Below, piece after piece: positions 18,098 to 27,010 of a stretch of DNA of 64,000 bases (its first letter is position 1; each line of letters starts with the position of its first letter). The stretch is taken from positions 3,533 to 67,532 of the forward strand of contig URHI01000001.1 in the NCBI GenBank assembly GCA_900547565.1, read 5' to 3'. The notes below the pieces were generated by a model that was given only the letters and a program-made list of their open reading frames with translations, was not told where the DNA came from and did not search any database. Source of the stretch: an uncultured Eubacteriales bacterium (GTDB lineage Bacteria; Bacillota; Clostridia; Oscillospirales; CAG-272). Made by a program: the position numbers and the translations under genes.

Positions 18098-18324
18098 TTT
18101 TTGTCCTTTCCCGGTGGGCTGTGATTTTGCCGTTACCCGGCACAGCCGCACCGTCACTCCGCTGTCCGCAGAGCTTGTCCACATTTTACCATTTGTTCGT
18201 TTGGTAGTCAATAAAAAAACATCGACCTCATTCCTCACATACTGTCCGGAAACGACAAAGCTCCCTGCCGACAACCGCGCGGATTGCCGACAGGGAGCCT
18301 GTTTTATGAAATTATGTCGTAATT

Positions 18325-20169
18325 TTATTCACCAAACGTCTGTGCACCGTATATTTTTGCGATGAACTTGGAGATATCGGTGTTATCTACCGTTGTATTG
18401 TTGAAACATTCTGTTCCGTAACCAAGTGCATAAACAGGAACATCAGCGTTGGTGTGTGTGGTGACTGTGTACTTATACTCACCGTTGTCGTTTTTGGTGA
18501 TACCGCCTGTCTCATGGTCGGCGGTTATGATAAGCACACTGCTGGGGTGACACAGCGTAAACTCTATGCAGTAGGCAATGATCGAGTTATACCTCACCAC
18601 ACGATTAGTCGTTCCGTTCAGGTCATTCTGATGTGAACGCTTATCATTGTCTGCCTCCTCTATCATGGAGAAGTAGCCCTTATCCCCCTGCGCAATTCCC
18701 CACAGTGCCTCGGGAATGTCGTTGATAATGTCATCGCTGTCTTTGTTGCTTATAGCATAATCGACCTGCTTGTTGGCAATCAGTGCGTCAATCTGTGACT
18801 GGATGACACTGGTGGAATTACGGTCGTTTACATGGGCCAGAAATGCGGCGGGAGTAGCGCCCGTAATGTAGTCGGTGGTAAGTATCGCAGTGCGTGCTCC
18901 GACCGAATGAGCCAGTTCACGGACATTGAGTATGGACTTACCCCTGTAGTTAAGCCCGAGATAGCTGTTGAATGTTTTGCACCCGGTTGCAAGTGCCGTG
19001 CCGGCTGCGGCACTGTCGGTATAACCGGCCTTGCCTATCTTGACTGAATACGAAAACGTCTTGGCGCTTCCCTTGTTCGGCAGCAGCCGGGCTACAAATT
19101 CCTGCAGCTTGCCCGATGCCAGCGTTGCCTCCACGTGATTGTAACCCATACCGTCACCTATAAGCAGAATGGCGCTATCCGGAGTTTCAAACTTGAAGGT
19201 CTTGGCAGTATACGCGGTTGGAAGGGCGGTCACGTCAATTGCCTGATTCGCTGTATGAGGCTTTGCGTAATTGTTAATAAAGTCACTGACAGCTCCGCCG
19301 ACCATATATGACTTACCGTACATAACTATTTTGCTTGCCGTCTGCGCCAGCACGTACTGGTCATCGGCCAGTTTTACGCCGGCAGCCTGTACCGACTCGG
19401 GACGGTTTGTTGCACCGACGAGTATTTCGCAGTCGGTCCGCTCGGCGGTGTCGGCAGCTGTATCCAGCCGCACGCCTGCGTAATAATACAGATAATCGGA
19501 CAGATTCTGCGCGGCGGCAGCTGCAAGTATGTCGCCGTCGGGAATGATGATTTTATAATCCATTATGCTGACGCCGCTCACCGACAGACTTCCCAGCGGA
19601 TAGCTGTAGCTCTGAAGGTAATTCAGGTCGTCCATAATGGCAACGCGCTTGTTGGAGGGATCCACATAATGGCTGACAAAATAATCCACTCCCCACCCGG
19701 TGGCCTCGTCATCACCGCCGATTATGTAAATACGCTCGTTGGCGTATACAATGGCGAAATCCTTTTCGCGCAGCCGTGATCTTATACTCTGCGCCTCGGG
19801 ACGGTCACACACGCCGACTACGATTTCCTTGGCCTTTTGCGGGACAGGTTCGGTTCTTTTATGCCAGTCGGTATCGATCTTGACATTGATCCCAGTTGCA
19901 TCTGCCAGCGTGGTGCGCAGACCTGATGCAATATTTGTCAGTCCCTTGCTGCAGGTTTCGGGACGTATGACCTTGTACTGCATTTCACCGTTCTCGGCAA
20001 CGATCACCGGCTGAGCGGGTGCTTGGGTCGTATTAGCCGGCATTGTGGTCGTTATCTCAGCCGGTGTGGTATCCGGAGTGATCTGTCCGGGATCCCGGGT
20101 GTCGGCACAGGCAGCCAGCGTCGCACATGTAAGCAATACCAGTATAAGCGCGGTAATTTTTTTCAGCAT
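18325..20169 (-). CDS. Surface lipoprotein: 2 copies of the shared N-module plus an alkaline phosphatase domain
   Basis: Lipobox TLAAC. Alkaline phosphatase motifs are LIGDGMGYNH, TDSAAAGTALATG and ITADHETGG. N-modules are YKVIRPE...EIVVGVCDRPEA and YKIIIPD...EILVGATNRPES. Confidence 0.8.
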   Translation of the reverse strand: MLKKITALILVLLTCATLAACADTRDPGQITPDTTPAEITTTMPANTTQAPAQPVIVAENGEMQYKVIRPETCSKGLTNIASGLRTTLADATGINVKIDTDWHKRTEPVPQKAKEIVVGVCDRPEAQSIRSRLREKDFAIVYANERIYIIGGDDEATGWGVDYFVSHYVDPSNKRVAIMDDLNYLQSYSYPLGSLSVSGVSIMDYKIIIPDGDILAAAAAQNLSDYLYYYAGVRLDTAADTAERTDCEILVGATNRPESVQAAGVKLADDQYVLAQTASKIVMYGKSYMVGGAVSDFINNYAKPHTANQAIDVTALPTAYTAKTFKFETPDSAILLIGDGMGYNHVEATLASGKLQEFVARLLPNKGSAKTFSYSVKIGKAGYTDSAAAGTALATGCKTFNSYLGLNYRGKSILNVRELAHSVGARTAILTTDYITGATPAAFLAHVNDRNSTSVIQSQIDALIANKQVDYAISNKDSDDIINDIPEALWGIAQGDKGYFSMIEEADNDKRSHQNDLNGTTNRVVRYNSIIAYCIEFTLCHPSSVLIITADHETGGITKNDNGEYKYTVTTHTNADVPVYALGYGTECFNNTTVDNTDISKFIAKIYGAQTFGE

Positions 20170-20188
20170 GGGAAAATGTTATCCTTTC

Positions 20189-21667
20189 TCAGTGTTCCAG
20201 GCCGTTTATCTGTTCAAGCGTTTTTGAAAGCAGCTTGCGCTGATTGGTCTCCTGCCCCTTGAGCAGTGAGTTGATGTCCATTTTGCCTGCGGCAAAGAAG
20301 GAGTATATCTGACTGCTGAAGGTTGTGCCTACAATTTTGTTGACATAGGAAATGTTGTCGTGAATAATGGTCAGCATTTCGGCAGACTCAACGTCGGTTG
20401 AGGACTTGTATTTGAGCGCCGTCTCATAATATGCGGGAATCAGCGCCGAGTCGGAATAATATGCGCTGGAATAATAGGACAGTGCCTCAAGCAAAACACC
20501 TGTGCGCTCAACGTTTTGGGTAGGGCTGGGTATCATGATCGAGTGTGGGTTGGGGCTGACCTGTATGTAGTTTTCCTGTGCCTCGTCCCACTTGGCCACG
20601 GGCAAAATGCCGAAGTTGACATCGGAAGCACGTGATTTTGAAGCCATGTACAGCGTATCGATAGTAAACAAGGTATTGTTGTTTATGAACATGCTGCGCC
20701 CGTCATCGGTATTGGTGATAAGGTAAAAATCTCCCTCAGAGAATGTGCTCAGCAGTTTTTGGTATACATTAACGAAAAATTCCTTCTCGTCAAAGCAACA
20801 GAAATACGGAATACCGTCACTTCCCTGCTTGATTATCTCGGCGTTGCAACCGGTGAGCATTGCCTCGTAGAAGGTAGTGGCGTTATTAGCAATACCGACA
20901 CGGTCGCTGATGTTATATATGCTATTGCCGTCGCGGTCGTTAAGCGCCGTTTTTGCCATAGTCTGCATCTTTTCTATAGTCCACTTATTTTGATTGACAA
21001 GAGTATACGGATCCTCAAGGTTCAGGTCGCGAATAAGATCCTTGTTGAAATAGGTTGCCCGGGCATTGTCGAGTGCCGTGATAAGAAAGTCGCTGAAGGT
21101 ATAGTACAGTTTACCGTTGATTGACAGCTTCTGCTGAGCATTCTGATCCCACCATGGCATGGACAGATCAATAGTCTCAATGTTTCTCATATCAAGCGAA
21201 TAACCTGCATTAACCATGCTCATTATGTTGGAAAGGTCAATGGTTGCGATTGCATAAAGGTCATCACCCGACTGAATGGCGGTCTTGATAGGGCCGATAT
21301 CGACATCCGCATCTACAATTTCCACGCCGAACATGCTCTCGATAAGCACAGTGCGGTCGTACAGTGCATCATTGATGGACTCCCCCTGCTGTATGTCGGA
21401 GCGAATAGCGTTGGTGGTATACTTGGTGGAGTCGGCAAAATCGTTAGCAACGACAAAAGAATATCCCTGGTACTTGACATCAGGCAAATCGGGGGTCAGC
21501 TTTTCCAATGTAGTATCGGTGGTGTTAGTATCTTCGGCGACATTGGTGGCAGATGTACTTTGTTGTTCCGGGGTAGTATCCTCACCGTCGCCGGTCTGAT
21601 TGGCACAGGCGGCCACCATAGGTAACAACATAAGCAAAACCAGTATCATAAGTAAACTTTTTTTCAT
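20189..21667 (-). CDS. Orphan SBP-like lipoprotein (paralog of 7638..9143)
   Basis: Lipobox MVAAC followed by a Thr-rich linker. It shares the motifs INGKLYY, FGILPVAKW and SAEMLTII with its paralogs. Its stop lies 19 nt before the alkaline phosphatase lipoprotein start. Confidence 0.65.
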   Translation of the reverse strand: MKKSLLMILVLLMLLPMVAACANQTGDGEDTTPEQQSTSATNVAEDTNTTDTTLEKLTPDLPDVKYQGYSFVVANDFADSTKYTTNAIRSDIQQGESINDALYDRTVLIESMFGVEIVDADVDIGPIKTAIQSGDDLYAIATIDLSNIMSMVNAGYSLDMRNIETIDLSMPWWDQNAQQKLSINGKLYYTFSDFLITALDNARATYFNKDLIRDLNLEDPYTLVNQNKWTIEKMQTMAKTALNDRDGNSIYNISDRVGIANNATTFYEAMLTGCNAEIIKQGSDGIPYFCCFDEKEFFVNVYQKLLSTFSEGDFYLITNTDDGRSMFINNNTLFTIDTLYMASKSRASDVNFGILPVAKWDEAQENYIQVSPNPHSIMIPSPTQNVERTGVLLEALSYYSSAYYSDSALIPAYYETALKYKSSTDVESAEMLTIIHDNISYVNKIVGTTFSSQIYSFFAAGKMDINSLLKGQETNQRKLLSKTLEQINGLEH

Positions 21668-21708
21668 GATGGAATACCGTTCCTTTCCCCTTTATGGGCG
21701 TTTTTTTA

Positions 21709-21737
21709 ATTTTAACATATTTTAAAGTGTATGTCAA
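21709..21737 (-). promoter_or_regulatory. Sigma-A type promoter of the SBP-like / alkaline phosphatase / LRR operon
   Basis: On the minus strand: TTGACA (21737-21732), 17-nt spacer, TAAAAT (21714-21709). Confidence 0.55.
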
Positions 21738-21775
21738 TGAAAACCTCTGCTTTTTCCATAACGTACCGTTCGGTG

Positions 21776-21804
21776 TTGACAGCAGGATGCTTTTGTGGTA
21801 TCAT
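21776..21804 (+). promoter_or_regulatory. Sigma-A type promoter of dus
   Basis: TTGACA (21776-21781), 17-nt spacer, TATCAT (21799-21804) with an upstream TGg. Confidence 0.55.
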
Positions 21805-21892
21805 ATTTTCGAAAAAAACAGAAAGGCTGTCCAATGGAGCAAAAGACCGAAAGCTTCATTAATGCAGTATCGGCTGGGCAGGCGTGGGAAAT

Positions 21893-22900
21893 ATGAAAAT
21901 CGGTAATATTACGCTGCCTCACGGCTTGATACTTGCTCCCATGGCCGGTGTTGCCGACACAACACTTCGGCGCATTTGCCGCAGTATGGGTGCGGACTAC
22001 ACTGTCAGCGAAATGCTGTCAGCCAAAGCGCTGTGCTATGAACAGCTCAGCCGTAAATCCGATCCCCATATTTTCAAAACAGCCTCACTGGCGCTCATCT
22101 CGCCCGGTGAAGTGCCTTGTGCAGTACAGATTTTCGGCTCCGAGCCGGAATATATGGCTCGCGCAGCGGAGATGCTTGAGAGCGGCGAATACAACGGTGC
22201 AGGACAGCTTCGTCCCGCAGCAATTGATATTAATATGGGGTGCCCGGTGCACAAGGTGGTGTCGTGCGGTGAAGGAAGTGCGCTTATGCGCGACCCTCAT
22301 CTCGTATCTGAAATAATCACCGCTGTCCGCCGTAAAATAAGCATACCGCTGACCGTCAAATTCCGTGCCGGGTGGGATGAGCACAGTATAAACGCCCCCG
22401 AGCTGTCGCGCATTGCCGAAGCCTGTGGGGCAGACGCCGTGTGCATACATGCCCGTACCCGAGCACAGTTCTACTCGCCGCGGGCTGATTGGAACGTAAT
22501 CGGCCGTGTCAAGCAGGCTGTGTCGATTCCCGTCATAGGCAACGGTGACATAAACTCCCCGGAGGACGCCGATGCCATGCTGTCACAGACCGGATGTGAC
22601 GGCATCGCAATCGCGCGCGGAGCACTTGGAAATCCATGGCTGTTCGCCGCTATTGCCGCCCATATGGACGGCAGTGAATATATACCGCCAACGCCCGCCG
22701 AACGGCTTGAAGTGGCCATGGCGCATGGAACCGCTCTGATCGAGCGCAAGGGAGAGAGAGCGGGCCTGGCTGAAGCTCGTGTCCGGCTGGCACAGTACAC
22801 ACGCGGGTTTCGCGGAGGTGCGGCCGCACGGGACGAAATAATGCGAGCTGACGATCTTGATGCCGTGCGCGTCATACTTGAGCGCGTCATGACAGACTGA
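21893..22900 (+). CDS. dus: tRNA-dihydrouridine synthase
   Basis: ILAPMAGVADTTLRRICRSMGADYTVSEM...DINMGCP...HARTR are typical Dus motifs. The start could instead be the GTG at 21884. Confidence 0.85.
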   Translation: MKIGNITLPHGLILAPMAGVADTTLRRICRSMGADYTVSEMLSAKALCYEQLSRKSDPHIFKTASLALISPGEVPCAVQIFGSEPEYMARAAEMLESGEYNGAGQLRPAAIDINMGCPVHKVVSCGEGSALMRDPHLVSEIITAVRRKISIPLTVKFRAGWDEHSINAPELSRIAEACGADAVCIHARTRAQFYSPRADWNVIGRVKQAVSIPVIGNGDINSPEDADAMLSQTGCDGIAIARGALGNPWLFAAIAAHMDGSEYIPPTPAERLEVAMAHGTALIERKGERAGLAEARVRLAQYTRGFRGGAAARDEIMRADDLDAVRVILERVMTD

Positions 22901-22950
22901 ATACGCGTCCGATCTTTAATTCCGATAAAATCTTCATTAGGGAGGCGATC

Positions 22951-23532
22951 ATGATTACCGACAATGAAATATTGCTTACTCTCATGAAGCGCACTGCCTC
23001 CGGTGATGAGGCTGCGTTCGAACAGCTGGTGTCGGCGTTTGAGAGCGCGGTGTACAACCTCGCATACTCAAGTCTGCGCCAGCGTCAGGACGCCGAGGAC
23101 GTCACGCAAGAGGTATTTTTGCGGCTGTGGCGTAACCGCAGCAGCTTCCGAGGCGAATGTGCAGTTAAAACATATATTATGCATATTGCCCACAATGCAG
23201 TCACCGATTCACTGAGGCGGCGAAACAGCCATGCTGTCACCGCTTTGCCTGATGACACCGACGATGAAGACGCTCCCCGCCGTGAGTTGGCCGACTCTAC
23301 CGACCTTCAGGCTGAATATATCAGAAAAGAGCGACAGGCGGCAGTTCATCAGGCCATCTCGGAACTGGATCCAAACAGCCGCGAGCTTATAATAATGCGG
23401 GATATAAACGGACTAAGCTATGCCGAAATTGCAGATGCGACCGACATTCCGCTGGGAACGGTCAAGAGCCGGCTGTCCCGTGCGAGAGACCAATTAAAAG
23501 AATTTTTAAAAAAGGGGAACTTTTTCAACTGA
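22951..23532 (+). CDS. ECF-type RNA polymerase sigma factor
   Basis: Region 2 reads DAEDVTQEVFLRLWRN. Region 4 reads LSYAEIADATDIPLGTVKSRLSRARDQL. Confidence 0.88.
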   Translation: MITDNEILLTLMKRTASGDEAAFEQLVSAFESAVYNLAYSSLRQRQDAEDVTQEVFLRLWRNRSSFRGECAVKTYIMHIAHNAVTDSLRRRNSHAVTALPDDTDDEDAPRRELADSTDLQAEYIRKERQAAVHQAISELDPNSRELIIMRDINGLSYAEIADATDIPLGTVKSRLSRARDQLKEFLKKGNFFN

Positions 23533-23573
23533 CGTTCGTCAGTAAATATAAATACACCGGAAAGGAGAGTTCC

Positions 23574-24437
23574 ATGGATAATAAAATCACATCCGACCTG
23601 GACTGTGAGCAGGCGGAATTGTTGATAAATGAATACCTGGACGGTGAACTTGACGCCGAAACGAAAGCTGCCGTGGAGGCGCATCTTAACCGATGTGACA
23701 GTTGCCGTCAGACATACAGTCAGCTGCGCGACATATGCGAAGCCGTCAGCGACTGCCGCGAAGAAGTCCCCGCGGGACTGCACAAAAGCATCATGTCGGC
23801 TGTAAAAGCCGAGTCAAGAGCCGCACGTCGCCGCCGCTTTGCCAGTCGCTTCGGTGTCGGAATTGCTGCTATTCTCTGCTTCGGACTTATTGCAACCGTC
23901 ACTGTGCGACAAATGGGCAAGTTCAATACCGGTGACACCACAGACGATTTTGCCATCAATTCCGCCCTTCGGCAGGACAAGGTAGACCATGCAAAATACG
24001 ATGATGTTGATAATAATGAAGGTATCGCCGCTGCTCCGGCAGAAACTTCCGGAGTCAAATCGGATACCCATGAGATGGCTGAAGCGGAGATAGCGAACCC
24101 GGCTTTGACCAAGAAAGTTACGGATGCCGTCGCTGACTGCACCATGGCACCCGTACCAGCCGATGCGCCTGTGCAGGAGAGCGATAACTCTGATGCCAGC
24201 CTGCGTGCTGACATTTGCGGCAACTGGGTAACCGATGACTGGACTTTGGTACTGAGTACCGACGGAACCTTCACATTTACCGGTAAATCAACCGCTGACA
24301 AGATACAGGGCAGCTACACCTACAGCGGCGGACTGTTGAGCTTAAAATACAACGGCGTCGCCTCGGTCTACACCGTCTCGGTCAGTGACAATATACTGAC
24401 CTTCTCTCACTGCTCAGGCGATAAACTGTTGCCATGA
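23574..24437 (+). CDS. Anti-sigma factor (zf-HC2, single TM, extracytoplasmic domain)
   Basis: HLNRCDSCRQTYSQL zinc-finger anti-sigma motif. The TM helix is FGVGIAAILCFGLIATVTV. Confidence 0.75.
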   Translation: MDNKITSDLDCEQAELLINEYLDGELDAETKAAVEAHLNRCDSCRQTYSQLRDICEAVSDCREEVPAGLHKSIMSAVKAESRAARRRRFASRFGVGIAAILCFGLIATVTVRQMGKFNTGDTTDDFAINSALRQDKVDHAKYDDVDNNEGIAAAPAETSGVKSDTHEMAEAEIANPALTKKVTDAVADCTMAPVPADAPVQESDNSDASLRADICGNWVTDDWTLVLSTDGTFTFTGKSTADKIQGSYTYSGGLLSLKYNGVASVYTVSVSDNILTFSHCSGDKLLP

Positions 24438-25018
24438 GTAAAATATGTATACTGACTGCAGACAAGCAACTGTACGATCTCACCGCACTTTTGCTTGAAA
24501 TGCACGGCCACTCTGCCACTACATCCGCCGGCGACTACCCGGTGGTGTGGGATGCTGATTCTGTATCACTTCCCCGCCTGACACATGCTCAGGCTGTCAT
24601 AGCCATCAGCCGCACCCCCGGACACATACCTGATTCAGCTGCACGGCGCTGCTGTGTAACACTCGGGCGTCCGTTTGAATTCGAATGCTTTACAGCTACA
24701 GTCGAGAAAGCGCTGTCATGGCAGGGAGAGCAGGTCAGCCCGCCGTCCCGCGGACAACGCCAGGCCATCACGCTTGACCGTCCGCGCAGGCGTCTTGTCT
24801 GCGGGCACAAAAGTGTCACATTGACGCCGGCAGAGTTGGCAATTTTTACGGCACTTTACGAGCAACGCGGACAGGCCGTGAGCCGCACTGTTCTGGAGCA
24901 GGCACTGCAAGGTGAAAGTCTGCCTGTGCATATGTGCTCACTGCGAAAAAAGCTGTCGGCACTCAACCGCCTGCCGCTGATAACCACTGTGCGGGGACAG
25001 GGCTACAAATTCGAATAA
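24434..25018 (+). CDS. OmpR/PhoB-type winged-helix regulator with a degenerate receiver domain
   Basis: The C-terminus LTPAELAIFTALYEQRGQAVSRTVL...LRKKL...TVRGQGYKFE matches Trans_reg_C. The N-terminal receiver-like part lacks the DD pair and has RPF instead of KPF. There is an ATGA overlap with the anti-sigma gene. Confidence 0.7.
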   Translation: MSKICILTADKQLYDLTALLLEMHGHSATTSAGDYPVVWDADSVSLPRLTHAQAVIAISRTPGHIPDSAARRCCVTLGRPFEFECFTATVEKALSWQGEQVSPPSRGQRQAITLDRPRRRLVCGHKSVTLTPAELAIFTALYEQRGQAVSRTVLEQALQGESLPVHMCSLRKKLSALNRLPLITTVRGQGYKFE

Positions 25019-25021
25019 ATT

Positions 25022-25053
25022 ATCCCGGAGAGCCGATCGGTCTCCGGGATTTT
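25022..25053. terminator. Rho-independent terminator between convergent genes
   Basis: Stem atcccggaga / tctccgggat followed by TTT. Confidence 0.7.
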
Positions 25054-25067
25054 GCTAATGCGGACGC

Positions 25068-25511
25068 TCAGAACAACCCAACAATATAATAAATAATCCC
25101 GTAAACCGCGCCCGCCAGTGTGCCGTAGAGCAGTACCGGCCCGGCAACGGTAAATATTTTTGCACCGATTCCCAACACAAGACCTTCGCGATAGCTGTCC
25201 ATGGCAGGCGAAACCACGGCGTTTGCAAAACCGGTTATGGGAACCAGCGTACCGGCACCGGCAAAGCGCGCAATACGGTCAAATACGCCGAGGCCTGTCA
25301 GCAGCACAGCGGCAAACACCAACGTTACCGAGCAGAGCAGCCCCGCCATATCCCGCTCAAGCCCGGCGTAAACATACAGCTTGTTCAATCCTTCTCCGAT
25401 CGCGCATATTATGCCTCCGCACACAAACGCGCGCAGACAATCGCGGACAAGTGCCGACTTAGGCGCACGCGCGTCGGCATAGCGCGGATAATTTGCTTTT
25501 GATATATTCAT
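25068..25511 (-). CDS. spoVAC: Stage V sporulation protein AC
   Basis: CLRAFVCGGIICAIGEG...FAGAGTLVPITGFANAV...EGLVLG is collinear with B. subtilis SpoVAC. Confidence 0.85.
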   Translation of the reverse strand: MNISKANYPRYADARAPKSALVRDCLRAFVCGGIICAIGEGLNKLYVYAGLERDMAGLLCSVTLVFAAVLLTGLGVFDRIARFAGAGTLVPITGFANAVVSPAMDSYREGLVLGIGAKIFTVAGPVLLYGTLAGAVYGIIYYIVGLF

Positions 25512-25587
25512 ACGATCTCTCCGTTTTTTATGTTATTATGCCCTTCCCGGCGTAATTTATAATTTTTTTTGATTTTTCCGTCACGAA

Positions 25588-25613
25588 TGAAACTTTTTCA
25601 GGCTTTTCTCGGT
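25588..25613 (+). promoter_or_regulatory. Candidate ECF-type (SigW-like) promoter upstream of the sigma-fusion gene
   Basis: TGAAAC (25588-25593), 16-nt spacer, CGGT (25610-25613). The -10 is imperfect relative to CGTA. It lies 44 nt before the ATG. Confidence 0.3.
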
Positions 25614-25656
25614 TGTATATGGCAGACGCGTCCAAGTTCAGAAAGGCGGTGAACCG

Positions 25657-26985
25657 ATGACAGAAAAGAATACCGTTGCCCTCGCCCGGGAAGGCAACAT
25701 TGACGCCCGCGAACTGCTTTACCGCAAATATTACGGCGACGTATACCGTTATTGTGTCTATCGCTGCGGTGACATTCACACCGGAGAGGATCTGACACAG
25801 GAGGTATTTCTGCGCTTTTTCCGTTACGCGGCCGAGTCGCGTGCATTTGACAACGCCAAAGCGTATATTATCAAGATCGCATGTCATGTCTGCACAGACT
25901 ACATGGCCTCACATACGCCTGTGTCACCACTTGCCGACGACTTCACAGACCGCACCGCTGAGCGCCTTACCGAAGGACAAATGGCTGTGCGGCGTGCAAT
26001 AGCAGCCCTCGGCGACGACCAGCGGCAGGTGATAATTCTCTACTACTATAACAATATTCGTATCAACCGTATAGCGGAAATACTCGAGACTCCGTGCTCA
26101 ACCGTCAAGAGTCGCTTAAGACGCGGACGTGAGCGGCTCAAACAAATTCTCATTCAGGAGGTGGAGATCGGCGGAAAGCTGTATTTTGCCACCGGAGACA
26201 TATCCATCAATACTGTATTATCAGCCCAGTTCATACTTAGCAATACCGGCATGCTTGCCGCCGCCGGCATAACCGACCCTTACGCGCTGGTGCGTGAAGG
26301 CAAGTGGACGCTTGAGACCGTACTGGCATTGGCCAAAAACGGCAACGGCCTGTACCTCGGCCCAGGAAACGGGTGCATAGCGCTTATAAACGCCGCCGGA
26401 GCACGGCTTACCGGAAACGATCTCGGGCTCTCGTCCGACTGGGACAACGGCAGGCTCTCCTCACTGTGCGGACTGCTCGCATGGACTGATGCTGTGTCGA
26501 CAGCTACCCCCGACAGCGTGTCAAGCATGCTGTCAGTACGCAGCCTGGGATACCTTATAAGTCTTACGAGCGATCAGAGTATCTCTGACAGTTATGATAT
26601 CTTGCCGCTTCCCAAGGCCGATGAAACAGACAGGAATTATCGTGCACCGCTGTCAGGCAGCGCGATGTATTACTCAATTCCCATGCTGAACGGCGCTGAG
26701 GATGCCGCATGCGTTATGCAGTGTACGGCAAGCGCAATGAACAACGACATCTACGATACACTCGCTATGCGCTTCTGCCTGAATACCCGCTCGGCCGAAA
26801 TGCTTGAGCTGATAATGGATAACATGTGTTACTGCCTCGACACGGCGCTGTCACTCAGCTCCGCCGGCGGTGTTTCCTTGACCAACGTCATCGGCGCGGG
26901 AAAAGAGCTTAACACGGCACTGGCTGTCAATCGCAAGTTGCTGGAAGTCCGACTTGCCACTTTGGTTGCAAGTATATCCGAATAA
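25657..26985 (+). CDS. Chimeric protein: complete ECF sigma factor (aa 1-168) fused to the C-terminal half of an SBP-like protein (aa 169-442)
   Basis: Sigma region 2 reads GEDLTQEVFLRFFRY and region 4 reads INRIAEILETPCSTVKSRLRRGRERL. The protein then continues IGGKLYFATGD...YDILPLPKADE...SAEMLELIM, homologous to residues from about 205 onward of 7638..9143 and 20189..21667. Confidence 0.75.
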   Translation: MTEKNTVALAREGNIDARELLYRKYYGDVYRYCVYRCGDIHTGEDLTQEVFLRFFRYAAESRAFDNAKAYIIKIACHVCTDYMASHTPVSPLADDFTDRTAERLTEGQMAVRRAIAALGDDQRQVIILYYYNNIRINRIAEILETPCSTVKSRLRRGRERLKQILIQEVEIGGKLYFATGDISINTVLSAQFILSNTGMLAAAGITDPYALVREGKWTLETVLALAKNGNGLYLGPGNGCIALINAAGARLTGNDLGLSSDWDNGRLSSLCGLLAWTDAVSTATPDSVSSMLSVRSLGYLISLTSDQSISDSYDILPLPKADETDRNYRAPLSGSAMYYSIPMLNGAEDAACVMQCTASAMNNDIYDTLAMRFCLNTRSAEMLELIMDNMCYCLDTALSLSSAGGVSLTNVIGAGKELNTALAVNRKLLEVRLATLVASISE

Positions 26986-27010
26986 GCACAAAATTTGATT
27001 ATTCAGCATT

